Of a stretch of 64,000 bases of DNA, positions 8,150-17,982 are shown piece after piece; positions within the stretch are counted from its first letter, which is position 1; the number at the start of each line of letters is the position of its first letter. The notes beneath the pieces are model-generated. The model was not told the origin of the DNA. It made no database searches and saw only the letters and a list, made by a program, of their open reading frames with translations. The stretch spans positions 959-64,958 of the forward strand of contig JAGLOF010000016.1 in NCBI GenBank assembly GCA_023139105.1, given 5' to 3'. The translations under genes and the position numbers were made by a program. This DNA comes from a bacterium (lineage in GTDB: Bacteria; Zhuqueibacterota; QNDG01; JAGLOF01).

Positions 8150-8785
8150 TGTAAATCCTTTCAAAAAAGCCGGTAATATATCAGATAAAGTGATTATTTT
8201 TAAGAGCTTGGCCAACGGAGAAGACGAAAAAGAGCGGAGCAAAGGCAAAAAACAAAAGAAATCATTCCAATCCTACGAAATGTATCTGTTAATATGGCGA
8301 ATGAACGAGGGTATAATTGTATTATTATTTAAATCTCTGAGCTTCTTCCCTGTTTTGATCCGCTCTTATCCGTGTTCCATTGCTCCTGCTCTTCTTCGTA
8401 TCTTTCGTATCCTTCGTAGGCGATGCTCTTTGTTCTTAAGCATGTACTTTTTCCCTTGAACCAGGATGCAGCTCCGCCATGTAAGTCCCATTTTAACGGA
8501 ACCACATGGTGTTTTTTAATGTGCAAAAAATAAATCTCACACTATCTCTATGTCAACAAATCCACAGCAACCGGATTTAAAATAAACGAGAGTATAATTA
8601 TATTATTATCTAAATCTCTTCTCTTCTTCCCTGCTTTGATCCACTCTTATCCGTATAATCCGTGTCCCATTGCACTCAATCTTCCCGGTAGACTTCAAGC
8701 TCTCAACTTTTTACTTTTTACTTTTTACTTTTGCCCTTTTACTTCCTACTCCCTACTTCCTACTTTCTACTTTCCACTTGACCTT

Positions 8786-9316
8786 CTACAAAGCCTTCAC
8801 ATCACTTCTCGAGACACTAAATCGAATCCCCTGCTGCACAGCTTCGAGGCGGATAACAAGACGGGCAGCACCGGCAGTCTCCAAAAAGAGACCACGCAAT
8901 CCCATTAAAGGCCCTCTTATAATCTCAACAGGATCTCCCCGAGAAAAATAATCTACTGCCTCAACTTCAGGCACAGCTTTCAATACACGCTGTATTCTCT
9001 CTATCTCGGAATGCGGAACTTTAATTGGTTGGCCGTGTATATGTACAACGCACAGAGCACCTGTGGCCTGCACTGCCCGATATCGTTCTTTCGCATCAGA
9101 ATTAATAAAAATATATGATCTGAACAAAGGTTCATTGATCCACTTACGCCTGTCAGACCACTGCTTTAATACACGCTGTATTGGCAAATAAAATTCTATA
9201 TCTTTCTGGCGCAGCTGATCGCTGACTTTAAACTCATGACGCGGCCTGGTATAAAGCGCAAACCAGTGACGTTCATCACAGGGTAGTCCAGAAATATCTT
9301 CACGTAAAACTCTCAT
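8786..9316 (-). CDS. NusG/RfaH/UpxY-like transcription antitermination protein
   Basis: WFALYTRPRHEFKVSDQLRQKDIEFYLPIQRV...PLFRSYIFI..., plus a KOW-like C-terminus GDPVEIIRGPLMGLRG. Confidence 0.85.
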   Translation of the reverse strand: MRVLREDISGLPCDERHWFALYTRPRHEFKVSDQLRQKDIEFYLPIQRVLKQWSDRRKWINEPLFRSYIFINSDAKERYRAVQATGALCVVHIHGQPIKVPHSEIERIQRVLKAVPEVEAVDYFSRGDPVEIIRGPLMGLRGLFLETAGAARLVIRLEAVQQGIRFSVSRSDVKAL

Positions 9317-9528
9317 AATGAATCCAAAAAAACAAGTTATAAGTTTAAAGGCAAAAGGAAAAAGTGAAGAGCAAACGTTTCGTGACTGAAACCCGCGTAC
9401 AAATGGAGTACAGTCTGTTACTACTATTTTTTTGCCTTTTGCCTTTTGCCTTTTGCTTTTGCCTTTTTACTTTCTACTTTTGCCTTTTGCTTTTCTACTT
9501 TCTACTTTTACCTTTTACCTTTTACCTT

Positions 9529-10638
9529 TTACTTAATCTCTTCTTTAAAATACTGTTCCAACACTTTTAAAATTCTATGGCTTACCTTATCATCCCATAG
9601 TTCAGGGATCTTTCCGATCTTTTTATCACCGGCTAATATCTTTAAGGCCTCTGCATAGACTTTGTCAGGGTCAGTACCTGCCAGGACATTACTTCCCTCA
9701 GTAATTGTGACAGGACGTTCCGTATTCTCTCTCACTGTAATACACGGCACGCCAAAAAACGTAGTCTCTTCCTGTATACCACCGGAATCTGTCAATACCA
9801 GTGCAGCATCACGCTGTAGAGCCATGAACTCCAGATAACCTATGGGATCACAAAGCCTGAAACCTTCATTCTCACTGAGATTAAAAAGCTTTGCCATTTT
9901 TCGTGTCCTGGGATGTATGGGAAACAGAATTGGCAGGGTCCCGGCAAGACGATTGAGCATGGCCCAAAGGCCTTTTAGAGACTCGGGATTATCAACATTT
10001 GAGGGACGATGCAAGGTGACAAGCACATAATTGGACTTTGAGAGTTGATGCCGTGTAAGGATTGTACCAGCATCAAAACGATGCTGATGCTGCACCAGAG
10101 ACTCTATCATAAGATTGCCTGTAAAGTGCACCTTATGGGCCGCTATACCCTCCTTGGCCAGATGTTCATGAGCATCCCGACTGGTTGTAAAAAGCAGATC
10201 AGAAAGTTGGTCAGTTAAAATTCTATTTATTTCCTCAGGCATTCTGCGATCTCCACTGCGAAGCCCTGCCTCAACATGTACAAGAGGAATATTAAGTTTG
10301 GCCGCAACAAGCCCTGCGGCAATAGTGGAATTCACATCACCCACTACAAGCACCATATCAGGCTTGCGCTCATGCACTACGGTCTCAACTTCAATCATAA
10401 TTTGAGCCGTCTGCACTGCATGGCTGGCCGAACCCACTCCAAGATACACATCAGGTTCAGGCATACCCAAATCAGTGAAAAACACATCACTCATAGCAGC
10501 ATCATAGTGCTGCCCCGTATGCACCAGGAAAGCATCCAGCAGAGAGGATTCAGCACGAATCCTCTTTAGCAGAGGGGCTACCTTCATAAAATTGGGCCTT
10601 GCACCCGCAACAAGACAAATTGTTTTTTTCAAAGGCAT
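9529..10638 (-). CDS. wecB: Non-hydrolysing UDP-GlcNAc-type 2-epimerase (WecB/WbpI family)
   Basis: VAGARPNFMKVAPLLKRI...VHTGQHYDAAMSDVFF.DLG...VVGDVNSTIAAGLVAAKLNIPLVHVEAGLRSGDRRMPEEINRILTD...DSGGIQEE. Confidence 0.9.
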   Translation of the reverse strand: MPLKKTICLVAGARPNFMKVAPLLKRIRAESSLLDAFLVHTGQHYDAAMSDVFFTDLGMPEPDVYLGVGSASHAVQTAQIMIEVETVVHERKPDMVLVVGDVNSTIAAGLVAAKLNIPLVHVEAGLRSGDRRMPEEINRILTDQLSDLLFTTSRDAHEHLAKEGIAAHKVHFTGNLMIESLVQHQHRFDAGTILTRHQLSKSNYVLVTLHRPSNVDNPESLKGLWAMLNRLAGTLPILFPIHPRTRKMAKLFNLSENEGFRLCDPIGYLEFMALQRDAALVLTDSGGIQEETTFFGVPCITVRENTERPVTITEGSNVLAGTDPDKVYAEALKILAGDKKIGKIPELWDDKVSHRILKVLEQYFKEEIK

Positions 10639-10681
10639 ATTTACTTTCGAGAATATAAAATTATAATTGCTACAGTATTAA

Positions 10682-12994
10682 TCAAACCTTAATTCCCGGA
10701 ATCCTCGGCATACGGCGTTTTTTCTTATTATTCTCTCCATAATAATAATAATGATAATAATAATAATATGACCCATACATGTTTTCAATATTTACGCCAT
10801 TAACAGTGACACCAAGTAATTTAGCATTTACATTATCGAGTAATTGTTTGGCACGCAGCAGAGCATCACGATTCGTTGATCCTGATTTCATTACCAGAAC
10901 CACACCATCAAGCTTGCGGCCAAGTACAGTAGCATCGGTTACAGCAATGACCGGTGGTGTGTCAAACAGTATCATCTCATAACGTCCGCGTGCCTCTTCA
11001 ATAAAGCGGTCCATGGATTTTGAAGCAAGAAGCTCAGATGGATTAGGCGGAAGCACACCGGCTGTAATCAAATCCAGATTATCTACCTTTGTCGTGCGTA
11101 CAATCTCATCAAAAGAGGCCTTGCCTGCCAGATAATTTGTAATACCTACGCCCCGTTTCTCACTGAAAATACCATGCATTACCGGGCGTCTCAAATCACA
11201 ATCCACAATTACCGTTTTTGCCCCTGTCTGTGCCATGGTAATAGCCAGGTTGGATATAGTTGTAGATTTACCCTCTCCAGGCCCTGAACTTGTAACAACT
11301 GCTGTTTGTATGGGCTCGTCCGGACGACAGTATTGAATATTGGTCCTTAAACTGCGATAGGCCTCGGAAACAGGTGACTTGGGCGCAAAATGAGATATCA
11401 ATCTGGATTGAATCTGTTTGACATCACCATTACCATTGTCCTTTACCTGATGTGCCATTGCCTGAGAGGCTATAAAAGGAATCGAACCCAGGACAGGAAA
11501 ACCCATGTGTTCTACATCTTCAATAGTCTTCAAAGAAGTATCAAGATATTCACGGCCAAACGTCAGCCCTACACCAAGACCGAGACCAAGCATCAGGCCC
11601 AGAAGGAGATTCATCTTCTTTTTCGGCGATGTAGGGAATTCAGGTTTTTTTGCATAATCTATTATACGAACAGAACCAATCTGTCCGGCTTCTGCAATAC
11701 GGTTCTCTTCAAATTTCTCACGGAGCATAATATAGATTGTATTATTAACCCGGGCCTCTCTCTGCAGGTTGGCCAGTTGAAGGCTCTTGCCAGGCAATTG
11801 ATTAAGTTCACGTTTATACTGCTTTACAATATCATCAAGAGCGCTTGTTTTCTCTTTAAGATAATCGTTTTCAGCTTGAATAGTAAGAAGGTTCGTAAAA
11901 AGAGCATCATTGACTTTTTCTGCATTAATAGCACCGCCAGCTGCAATGAGTTTCTTCTTCTCCAGAATAATCTTCTCCTGAATACCCTCCAGTTGAGCCA
12001 TCTTCTCTTCAAGGCCGCTGCGCATGGAAGCATTGTTAAAATATCCGGCTGCTTTGAGCTGTTTCTCTTCTTTGGCAATGCCGCCGGCTAGCCGCGCTCT
12101 CTCTATTTCCAATGCACCAATCATCTCAGATGAAGCACTTGAGGCATTATTCAACATAATTTTCTGCGCCTCATCAAGCTGGACGTTCATGGCCTGAATA
12201 CGTTTCTGATTAGCCTCATAGTCAGTTTTGGCAGATTGATACAGAGATTCAAACTCAGCAGTTCGTTCAATAAGGGCCTGGGTTTCGGCAGTCAGCTCTG
12301 TAACTCCCTCAGTCTCCTTAAAGTTTTTCAGCCGCTGTTCAGACCTGTAAAGGCTGTCTTCAACGGCTACCAGTTTTTCTTCAAGAAACTTTCTAACCTT
12401 GCCCACTTCCCCGGTTGACTCTGCAATATCCAGATCCTGATAAGCCTTCATCCATGTATTGGCAATTAGTGCAGCTTCACTGGGGCTAAAGGCACTGCTG
12501 CGCAGTTCAATAACATCAGTATCACGCTGAGGAGCCACAGAAATTGAACCTTGTCTGAAATTTTTAACAAGTTCATCAAAAAGAGGGCCAGCACCTTGAG
12601 CCTCCCCGGGAAGCAATTTTTTAATCCATGTCATAATAGAAAAGCGCCTGTCAGCCTCACGATTACCAAGAATCCATAGAGAGTCGGCATATGGCGAATC
12701 CTGAAGATCACGAACCACAGCTTCCGCAAGACGCCGGCTCTTGAGTATAACTACCTGGTTGTTGATCATAGTCTCTTTTTTCATGAAGCTGGACATATCA
12801 AAAACCTGTGTCTGCACACGATCTTCTTTAATCAGGACAGTGGCTGCGGATTCATATACAGGTTGAGTTGTAAAAGTAAAATATACGGTTGCTGCCATTA
12901 CAATAATAAAAGAGATAGCTATTATCCATCGCCCACGGTATAAAACTCGCAAGTAATCACTCAAAGTGACCTGTTGCTCTCTTAGTTCGTCCAA
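10682..12994 (-). CDS. wzc: Wzc-like polysaccharide co-polymerase / BY-kinase
   Basis: Wzz domain at the N-terminus; VTSSGPGEGKSTTISNLAITMAQTGAKTVIVDCDLRRPVMH Walker motifs; C-terminal tyrosine cluster YGSYYYYYHYYYYGENNKKKRR. Confidence 0.9.
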   Translation of the reverse strand: MDELREQQVTLSDYLRVLYRGRWIIAISFIIVMAATVYFTFTTQPVYESAATVLIKEDRVQTQVFDMSSFMKKETMINNQVVILKSRRLAEAVVRDLQDSPYADSLWILGNREADRRFSIMTWIKKLLPGEAQGAGPLFDELVKNFRQGSISVAPQRDTDVIELRSSAFSPSEAALIANTWMKAYQDLDIAESTGEVGKVRKFLEEKLVAVEDSLYRSEQRLKNFKETEGVTELTAETQALIERTAEFESLYQSAKTDYEANQKRIQAMNVQLDEAQKIMLNNASSASSEMIGALEIERARLAGGIAKEEKQLKAAGYFNNASMRSGLEEKMAQLEGIQEKIILEKKKLIAAGGAINAEKVNDALFTNLLTIQAENDYLKEKTSALDDIVKQYKRELNQLPGKSLQLANLQREARVNNTIYIMLREKFEENRIAEAGQIGSVRIIDYAKKPEFPTSPKKKMNLLLGLMLGLGLGVGLTFGREYLDTSLKTIEDVEHMGFPVLGSIPFIASQAMAHQVKDNGNGDVKQIQSRLISHFAPKSPVSEAYRSLRTNIQYCRPDEPIQTAVVTSSGPGEGKSTTISNLAITMAQTGAKTVIVDCDLRRPVMHGIFSEKRGVGITNYLAGKASFDEIVRTTKVDNLDLITAGVLPPNPSELLASKSMDRFIEEARGRYEMILFDTPPVIAVTDATVLGRKLDGVVLVMKSGSTNRDALLRAKQLLDNVNAKLLGVTVNGVNIENMYGSYYYYYHYYYYGENNKKKRRMPRIPGIKV
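10739..10768. repeat. Trinucleotide microsatellite (ATA/ATG)n inside wzc, encoding a poly-Tyr tail
   Basis: ataataataataatgataataataataatatg read directly. Confidence 0.85.
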
Positions 12995-13195
12995 GAGAAA
13001 CTCCCTTCGGCATCAGCAAATGTTATTTGAAATAGATAAAAATATTTATAAATGCAAAAGACATGCCATCACTACCAATATAATGTAATGATGCTTCCAA
13101 ACAACTATTAAACAATGCCTTAAGTGCTTATTCACTTCAATACTAATTGTTGTTTTTACTACAGAATCAATGTTACTGTATCATTTTTGATACAT

Positions 13196-13834
13196 CTATA
13201 CTCTAAGATCTATAACTTCTGCACCATCAGGCATCTGAAATTCAAAATCCTTTGGTAAATGTGGCTTATCAATCTCAATCGATTTTAATCTGTAGACACT
13301 CTCATTATCATCGAAATCTATCTGCAAAAGCTTGACTGGAAGCCATGTCTTCAAATTTATCCATAATTCGGTTTTAGGATAGAGTACGGCTTCGGTTTTT
13401 GCAGTAAAAACCAGATGCGCGCACTCTATTTTATCAAGCAGTTCTTTGCCGACAGATTGGACATCATAATCATCGGAATACTGAAAAAGCATTTTATATG
13501 GTGCCATCTGGACATCATTTTCACCAATCTCATCAATAAGCACACGATTGTCAGGTTTAATATATGTCCATACTGTAGTACCATCGGAGACCATGATTTG
13601 ATCGGCAGTCTTAATTTTAAACTGCCGCTCTCCCTTCATCAACACAATACCATCAACAGTTGATGTCTCACCGGCAAGCTTCCAAATATAAGTCTCTGAG
13701 AAAGCAATATCCAGTGTTTTCGCTTGTTTTAATGTTTTTTTCAATTTATTTATTATATAATCAGGCGACATATTTTGTGCAGACGCAGCTATGCTCCAAA
13801 GAATCAACATTGATATAAGTAATAATTTTCTCAT
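13196..13834 (-). CDS. lolA: Outer membrane lipoprotein carrier protein LolA
   Basis: Signal peptide MRKLLLISMLILWSIAASAQ; LolA-like central region VDGIVLMKGERQFKIKTADQIMVSDGTTVWTYIKPDNRVLI. Confidence 0.8.
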   Translation of the reverse strand: MRKLLLISMLILWSIAASAQNMSPDYIINKLKKTLKQAKTLDIAFSETYIWKLAGETSTVDGIVLMKGERQFKIKTADQIMVSDGTTVWTYIKPDNRVLIDEIGENDVQMAPYKMLFQYSDDYDVQSVGKELLDKIECAHLVFTAKTEAVLYPKTELWINLKTWLPVKLLQIDFDDNESVYRLKSIEIDKPHLPKDFEFQMPDGAEVIDLRV

Positions 13835-16170
13835 TAAAAATCCTCCAGACCCAGTTCATCATCTTGCCGCTCTGCTTGTTCAAGCACCTCAAGATAAGCT
13901 TCATCAACAAGAACTTCACGCGCCTTACTACCAGTGAAAGGGCCTAAAATTCCTGCTTCTTCCAATTCATCTACAATACGGCCTGCCCTGGCATAACCAA
14001 CTCTCAGGCGGCGCTGAAGCAGTGAAGCCGAACCCTGGCCATGACGTACAACTAATTTAGCCGCTTCCTTATACAATTCATCCCGCTCAGAGGGATCACT
14101 GGCAATACCACCTGCGGATGAAGGGGGCGGAGCACCCTTTAAGAGCCATCCCTCAGGTTTTGGTTGGACAGCAATATGTCCCATCATTTTCTGCACTTCA
14201 TCTGTAGTGATGAATGCACCATGCACACGTATGGGTTCCGGCTCACGGGGATGCATAAATAACATATCGCCGCGGCCAAGAAGCTTCTCTGCACCATTAC
14301 GGTCTAAAATTGTCCTTGAATCTGTCTTTGATGCTACCTGAAAAGCAATACGCGCAGGAAAATTAGCCTTTATCACACCTGTTATAACATCAACAGAAGG
14401 ACGCTGTGTGGCAAGAATAAGATGTATGCCAACTGCACGGGCCATCTGAGCCAGGCGCGCAATAGGTTCTTCCACTTCTCTGGCACCTGTCATCATCAAG
14501 TCTGCCAATTCATCTACAATTAATACAATATAAGGCATGGGATCAGGAAGTTTAACCTCAGGATCAGCTTCTGCTTTGCGCTTGGCCAGGAAATCATGAT
14601 AGTCAACAAGGTTGCGTACGCCCAGGCGGGCCAATATCCTGTAACGCTTATCCATCTCCTTTTCAAGACTACGCAGAGCAGTAATTGCATTTGCAGCCGT
14701 AGTTATAACATCTTCATCCATGCCCTCTATCGTGACAAGATGACGATCTTTTAGTTCACGATAGAGACTCATCTCCAATTTTTTAGGATCAATAAGAACT
14801 AATTTAACTTCATCAGGCTTGGCTTTATAAAGTATGCTGGCCAATATTGTATTCAAGCATACTGACTTACCCGATCCTGTAGCACCGGCAACCAAAAGAT
14901 GCGGCATCTCAGCCAAATCCGTTACATATGGTTTGCCTTCAATTGTAAGCCCCAGAGCCAATGAAAGTTTAGATGAATGCCGCTGATAATTATCAGATTC
15001 CAGAACACCTCTCAGGCTGACAATAGCCGGGTGTTGGTTTGGAATTTCTATACCGACAGCGGCTTTGCCAGGAATGGGTGCCACTACACGTACACGTTGA
15101 GCTCTCATAACCAGAGCCAAATCATCTTGCGCATTTACAAAACGAGAAATTTTTACACCCGGATTAGGCCTTATCTCATAACGCGTAATCACCGGCCCCG
15201 GCCTGATGCCTACTACATGCCCTCTAATATCAAATTCCTTAAGCCGCTCTTCAAGAAAATGTGCGTTCTCTTCAAGAGCACGCCGGTCAACCTGCAATCC
15301 ATTGGCTGACTGTGGTGCAAGCAGCTCAAAAGATGGTTTAACATAAGGCCCGGGAGGAATTTCCGGTGTAGCCTGAACAGATTTTGTTCCAGGATTTGCC
15401 GTATGCGGCCGTCTTTCTATAACCACCCTCTCCGGCTGCACTGGCATAGCAGAAGACCTTGGAAGCTCGGGAATAGCAACTTCAATTGGTGGCCTTGGAC
15501 GCTCTTCAGCTGCCTTGGCTGAAGCAGACTGTAAAGGAGATTGAATAGTTGGCTGAGGCTTTTTCTTCTCATGTTTAACGCGATTTTCATACTTGTTCGA
15601 GATAGTCTTGAAAAGGGCCGCCAAATCTTCCTTGAAACCCAGCAGAGATTCTCTCATGCTCCACGATGTGGCTGTAATCAATATCACCAACAATGTTGTC
15701 AACAGAACAACAATACTTCCAACAGCACCCAGATAGCGTGACAGCATATCGGCTATGAATCCACCCAGGAGACCACTTAGCCGGAAACCGAACTTGCTGC
15801 CGGCATCACTCACAGCCTCCGGCATGGCCAATGCCGTAGATAGAAAGAGAGATATAGCCAAAAGATAGGCTGAAAATCTGAAATATGGGCGCAAGGGCTG
15901 CTGCAGGAAGAGATTCCAGCCCATCACCAAAAGAAGGAAAGGGAATACCAGACAGGGATAGCCAATTGTATATACATATAGATAATGACTTATGTGTGCA
16001 CCCATGAGGCCAAGCCAGTTTTGAACCTGGGCCGGAGATCCCGCATTGGGGAAATCTTCAGGATGATAAGAAATCAGACCCAGCAAAATCAGTATTGCAA
16101 AAGCCATCAATAAAATGCCCAAAATCTCGGGGCGTCTGTCAGCAGATTTATTCTTCTTCTGTTTAGCCAT
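13834..16170 (-). CDS. ftsK: FtsK/SpoIIIE DNA translocase
   Basis: N-terminal TM segments; HLLVAGATGSGKSVCLNTI; VLIVDELADLMM; IHLILATQRPSVDVITG.IKANFP. Confidence 0.97.
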   Translation of the reverse strand: MAKQKKNKSADRRPEILGILLMAFAILILLGLISYHPEDFPNAGSPAQVQNWLGLMGAHISHYLYVYTIGYPCLVFPFLLLVMGWNLFLQQPLRPYFRFSAYLLAISLFLSTALAMPEAVSDAGSKFGFRLSGLLGGFIADMLSRYLGAVGSIVVLLTTLLVILITATSWSMRESLLGFKEDLAALFKTISNKYENRVKHEKKKPQPTIQSPLQSASAKAAEERPRPPIEVAIPELPRSSAMPVQPERVVIERRPHTANPGTKSVQATPEIPPGPYVKPSFELLAPQSANGLQVDRRALEENAHFLEERLKEFDIRGHVVGIRPGPVITRYEIRPNPGVKISRFVNAQDDLALVMRAQRVRVVAPIPGKAAVGIEIPNQHPAIVSLRGVLESDNYQRHSSKLSLALGLTIEGKPYVTDLAEMPHLLVAGATGSGKSVCLNTILASILYKAKPDEVKLVLIDPKKLEMSLYRELKDRHLVTIEGMDEDVITTAANAITALRSLEKEMDKRYRILARLGVRNLVDYHDFLAKRKAEADPEVKLPDPMPYIVLIVDELADLMMTGAREVEEPIARLAQMARAVGIHLILATQRPSVDVITGVIKANFPARIAFQVASKTDSRTILDRNGAEKLLGRGDMLFMHPREPEPIRVHGAFITTDEVQKMMGHIAVQPKPEGWLLKGAPPPSSAGGIASDPSERDELYKEAAKLVVRHGQGSASLLQRRLRVGYARAGRIVDELEEAGILGPFTGSKAREVLVDEAYLEVLEQAERQDDELGLEDF

Positions 16171-16176
16171 TATTCT

Positions 16177-17316
16177 CTATTTCAATTCATCAACAAAATT
16201 ACTGAGTTTTTTTCTGGAAGTAGGACGTACAAAGGGAATAGCTACAATATGGCCATCCATTGTGTGGTCACGACCGGGCTGCCTGAACTGTATAGTAGCA
16301 TCCTGTTCCAGTGCTGTATTAATACCGATAAATCCAATGGGCGTATTCTCCATAGTGGGTGCTATTACACCACTTAGAACAAGCCCTGCAAGCTTGCCGT
16401 CTACCAGGACTTCCCAGCCGGGCATGGCCTTGCGGCGCCCCTCCATTATAAATGGACACACATGATAATCAATACCGTCAGCTTTCCTGGTTTCCAGAGC
16501 AGCCTTACCGATAAAATCCGTATCAAAGTCCATTGCAAACATCCAGGGATGAGCCAGCGCAGGTTTGTCAGCCATGAGTTCATGACCGTACAGCGGTAGG
16601 CCTGCTTCTGTGCGCAAAGTATCTCTGGCTGCCAGACCACAGGGCATGCAGCCTAGTTGTGTGCCTTCTTCAAGCAATAAATTCCATAGCTTTACCGCAT
16701 TATCGGAATGCGTGTAAATTTCAAAACCAACCTCCCCGGTATAACCGGTTCTGGAGAGAAGAACTTCCATTCCATGGATCTGAACTCCTGGCCTGAAACG
16801 GAAAAACTTCAATCCTCTGATTGATTCCAATCCGGCAACCTTGGCAATTAAACCGGGTGCAGCCGGCCCCTGTAGGTCAATCTTGGCTATTTCATCGGAA
16901 ATATCAGCCAAGGCCAAGTTCTCAGGAGCATTCTTTTTTAGCCATTCAAAATCTCCGGCAATGTCACCGGCATTTACAACCAACATAAAATACTCTTCAT
17001 CATAACGGTATAGAATGCAATCATCAACTACACCGCCTTGTTCATTCAACATAAAATTATACATAGCCTGACCATCTTGTAATTTTTCGATATTATTGGT
17101 CAGGAGACGACTCAAAAAGGGCAAAGCCTCAGCACCGCGAATTTCAAACTCACCCATATGACAAATGTCAAAAAGACCACAGGCATTGCGTGTTGCATGA
17201 TGTTCCTTTGACTGACCGCCAGCATACCACAGAGGCATATTCCAGCCTGCAAAATCAGCCATCTTGCCGCCAAGTTCAATATGCTCATCATAGAGCAGCG
17301 TTTTTTTTGCTTCCAC
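16177..17316 (-). CDS. gcvT: Glycine cleavage system T protein (aminomethyltransferase)
   Basis: FAGWNMPLWY...HHATRNACGLFDICHMGEFEIRG...LSRTGYTGEVGFEIY...GLAARDTLRTEAGLPLYGHE. Confidence 0.95.
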   Translation of the reverse strand: MEAKKTLLYDEHIELGGKMADFAGWNMPLWYAGGQSKEHHATRNACGLFDICHMGEFEIRGAEALPFLSRLLTNNIEKLQDGQAMYNFMLNEQGGVVDDCILYRYDEEYFMLVVNAGDIAGDFEWLKKNAPENLALADISDEIAKIDLQGPAAPGLIAKVAGLESIRGLKFFRFRPGVQIHGMEVLLSRTGYTGEVGFEIYTHSDNAVKLWNLLLEEGTQLGCMPCGLAARDTLRTEAGLPLYGHELMADKPALAHPWMFAMDFDTDFIGKAALETRKADGIDYHVCPFIMEGRRKAMPGWEVLVDGKLAGLVLSGVIAPTMENTPIGFIGINTALEQDATIQFRQPGRDHTMDGHIVAIPFVRPTSRKKLSNFVDELK

Positions 17317-17982
17317 AATATCCTCACTATGTTAAATAGTAAATAGAGTAATGTTGCTCATTTGATTAGAATTGTTATACTTAAACGCCAATTATTTCAA
17401 TTTCAAATGAGGAGAATCTGTCCGGCATTAAGCCGGAAAATATCATGAAATTTATGTTCAGGTAATTAAATGTCAACTTACAGTTAATTTATTGACTTAT
17501 GAGTCATTTGTCAACCTTTTTTTCAAGGTTGAAGCTAATATATTATTAAATTTTATCTCATTTACAGAGTACAAATTTCCACTTTGTCAACTTTATACAT
17601 CACTGCAATTTCGCTTCTATTACATACTATAGCCCCAAAAGGACTGACGTCAGAAAATAAATTGTGTGATTGTTACAGAAAACAATGGGTAATATAGAAT
17701 GAAAAATGTTGATATCAAGGAATTCTTATGATCCTGTCCTGCTCTTTTTTTATCTGTGTAGGGCAGGGAGGTTCCGTGTATTCCGTGAAGAAATGCTTTT
17801 TCTTTTGGGCTCTTCCGGGTATTCTATGGATTAATAACATATATACCAACATGCTGTGCTCATCTGCGCTCAATCTGCGTTATCTGCGGATTTATAATTC
17901 CACACTATTGCCGGAAAAGCCTTAAAATAAAAAGAACAATGGGCCTTTTAATCCTGGAAGGATAGCATATCTATTGGCTGCA

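Noticed and set aside
8636-8951. Plus-strand ORFs of the ORF track over the wbpE-nusG gap
   Set aside because: They lie antisense to or over the simple repeats between minus-strand genes, with no family motifs.
9364-9658. Plus-strand ORFs rich in Phe/Leu/Cys/Tyr (MEYSLLLLFFCLLPFAFCFCLF...)
   Set aside because: They are translations of the (CTTTTGC/CTTTTAC)n heptamer arrays; low-complexity artefacts, not real membrane peptides.
11390-12091. 233-aa plus-strand ORF antisense to wzc
   Set aside because: Long antisense ORF within a strongly supported coding gene; no recognisable domains.
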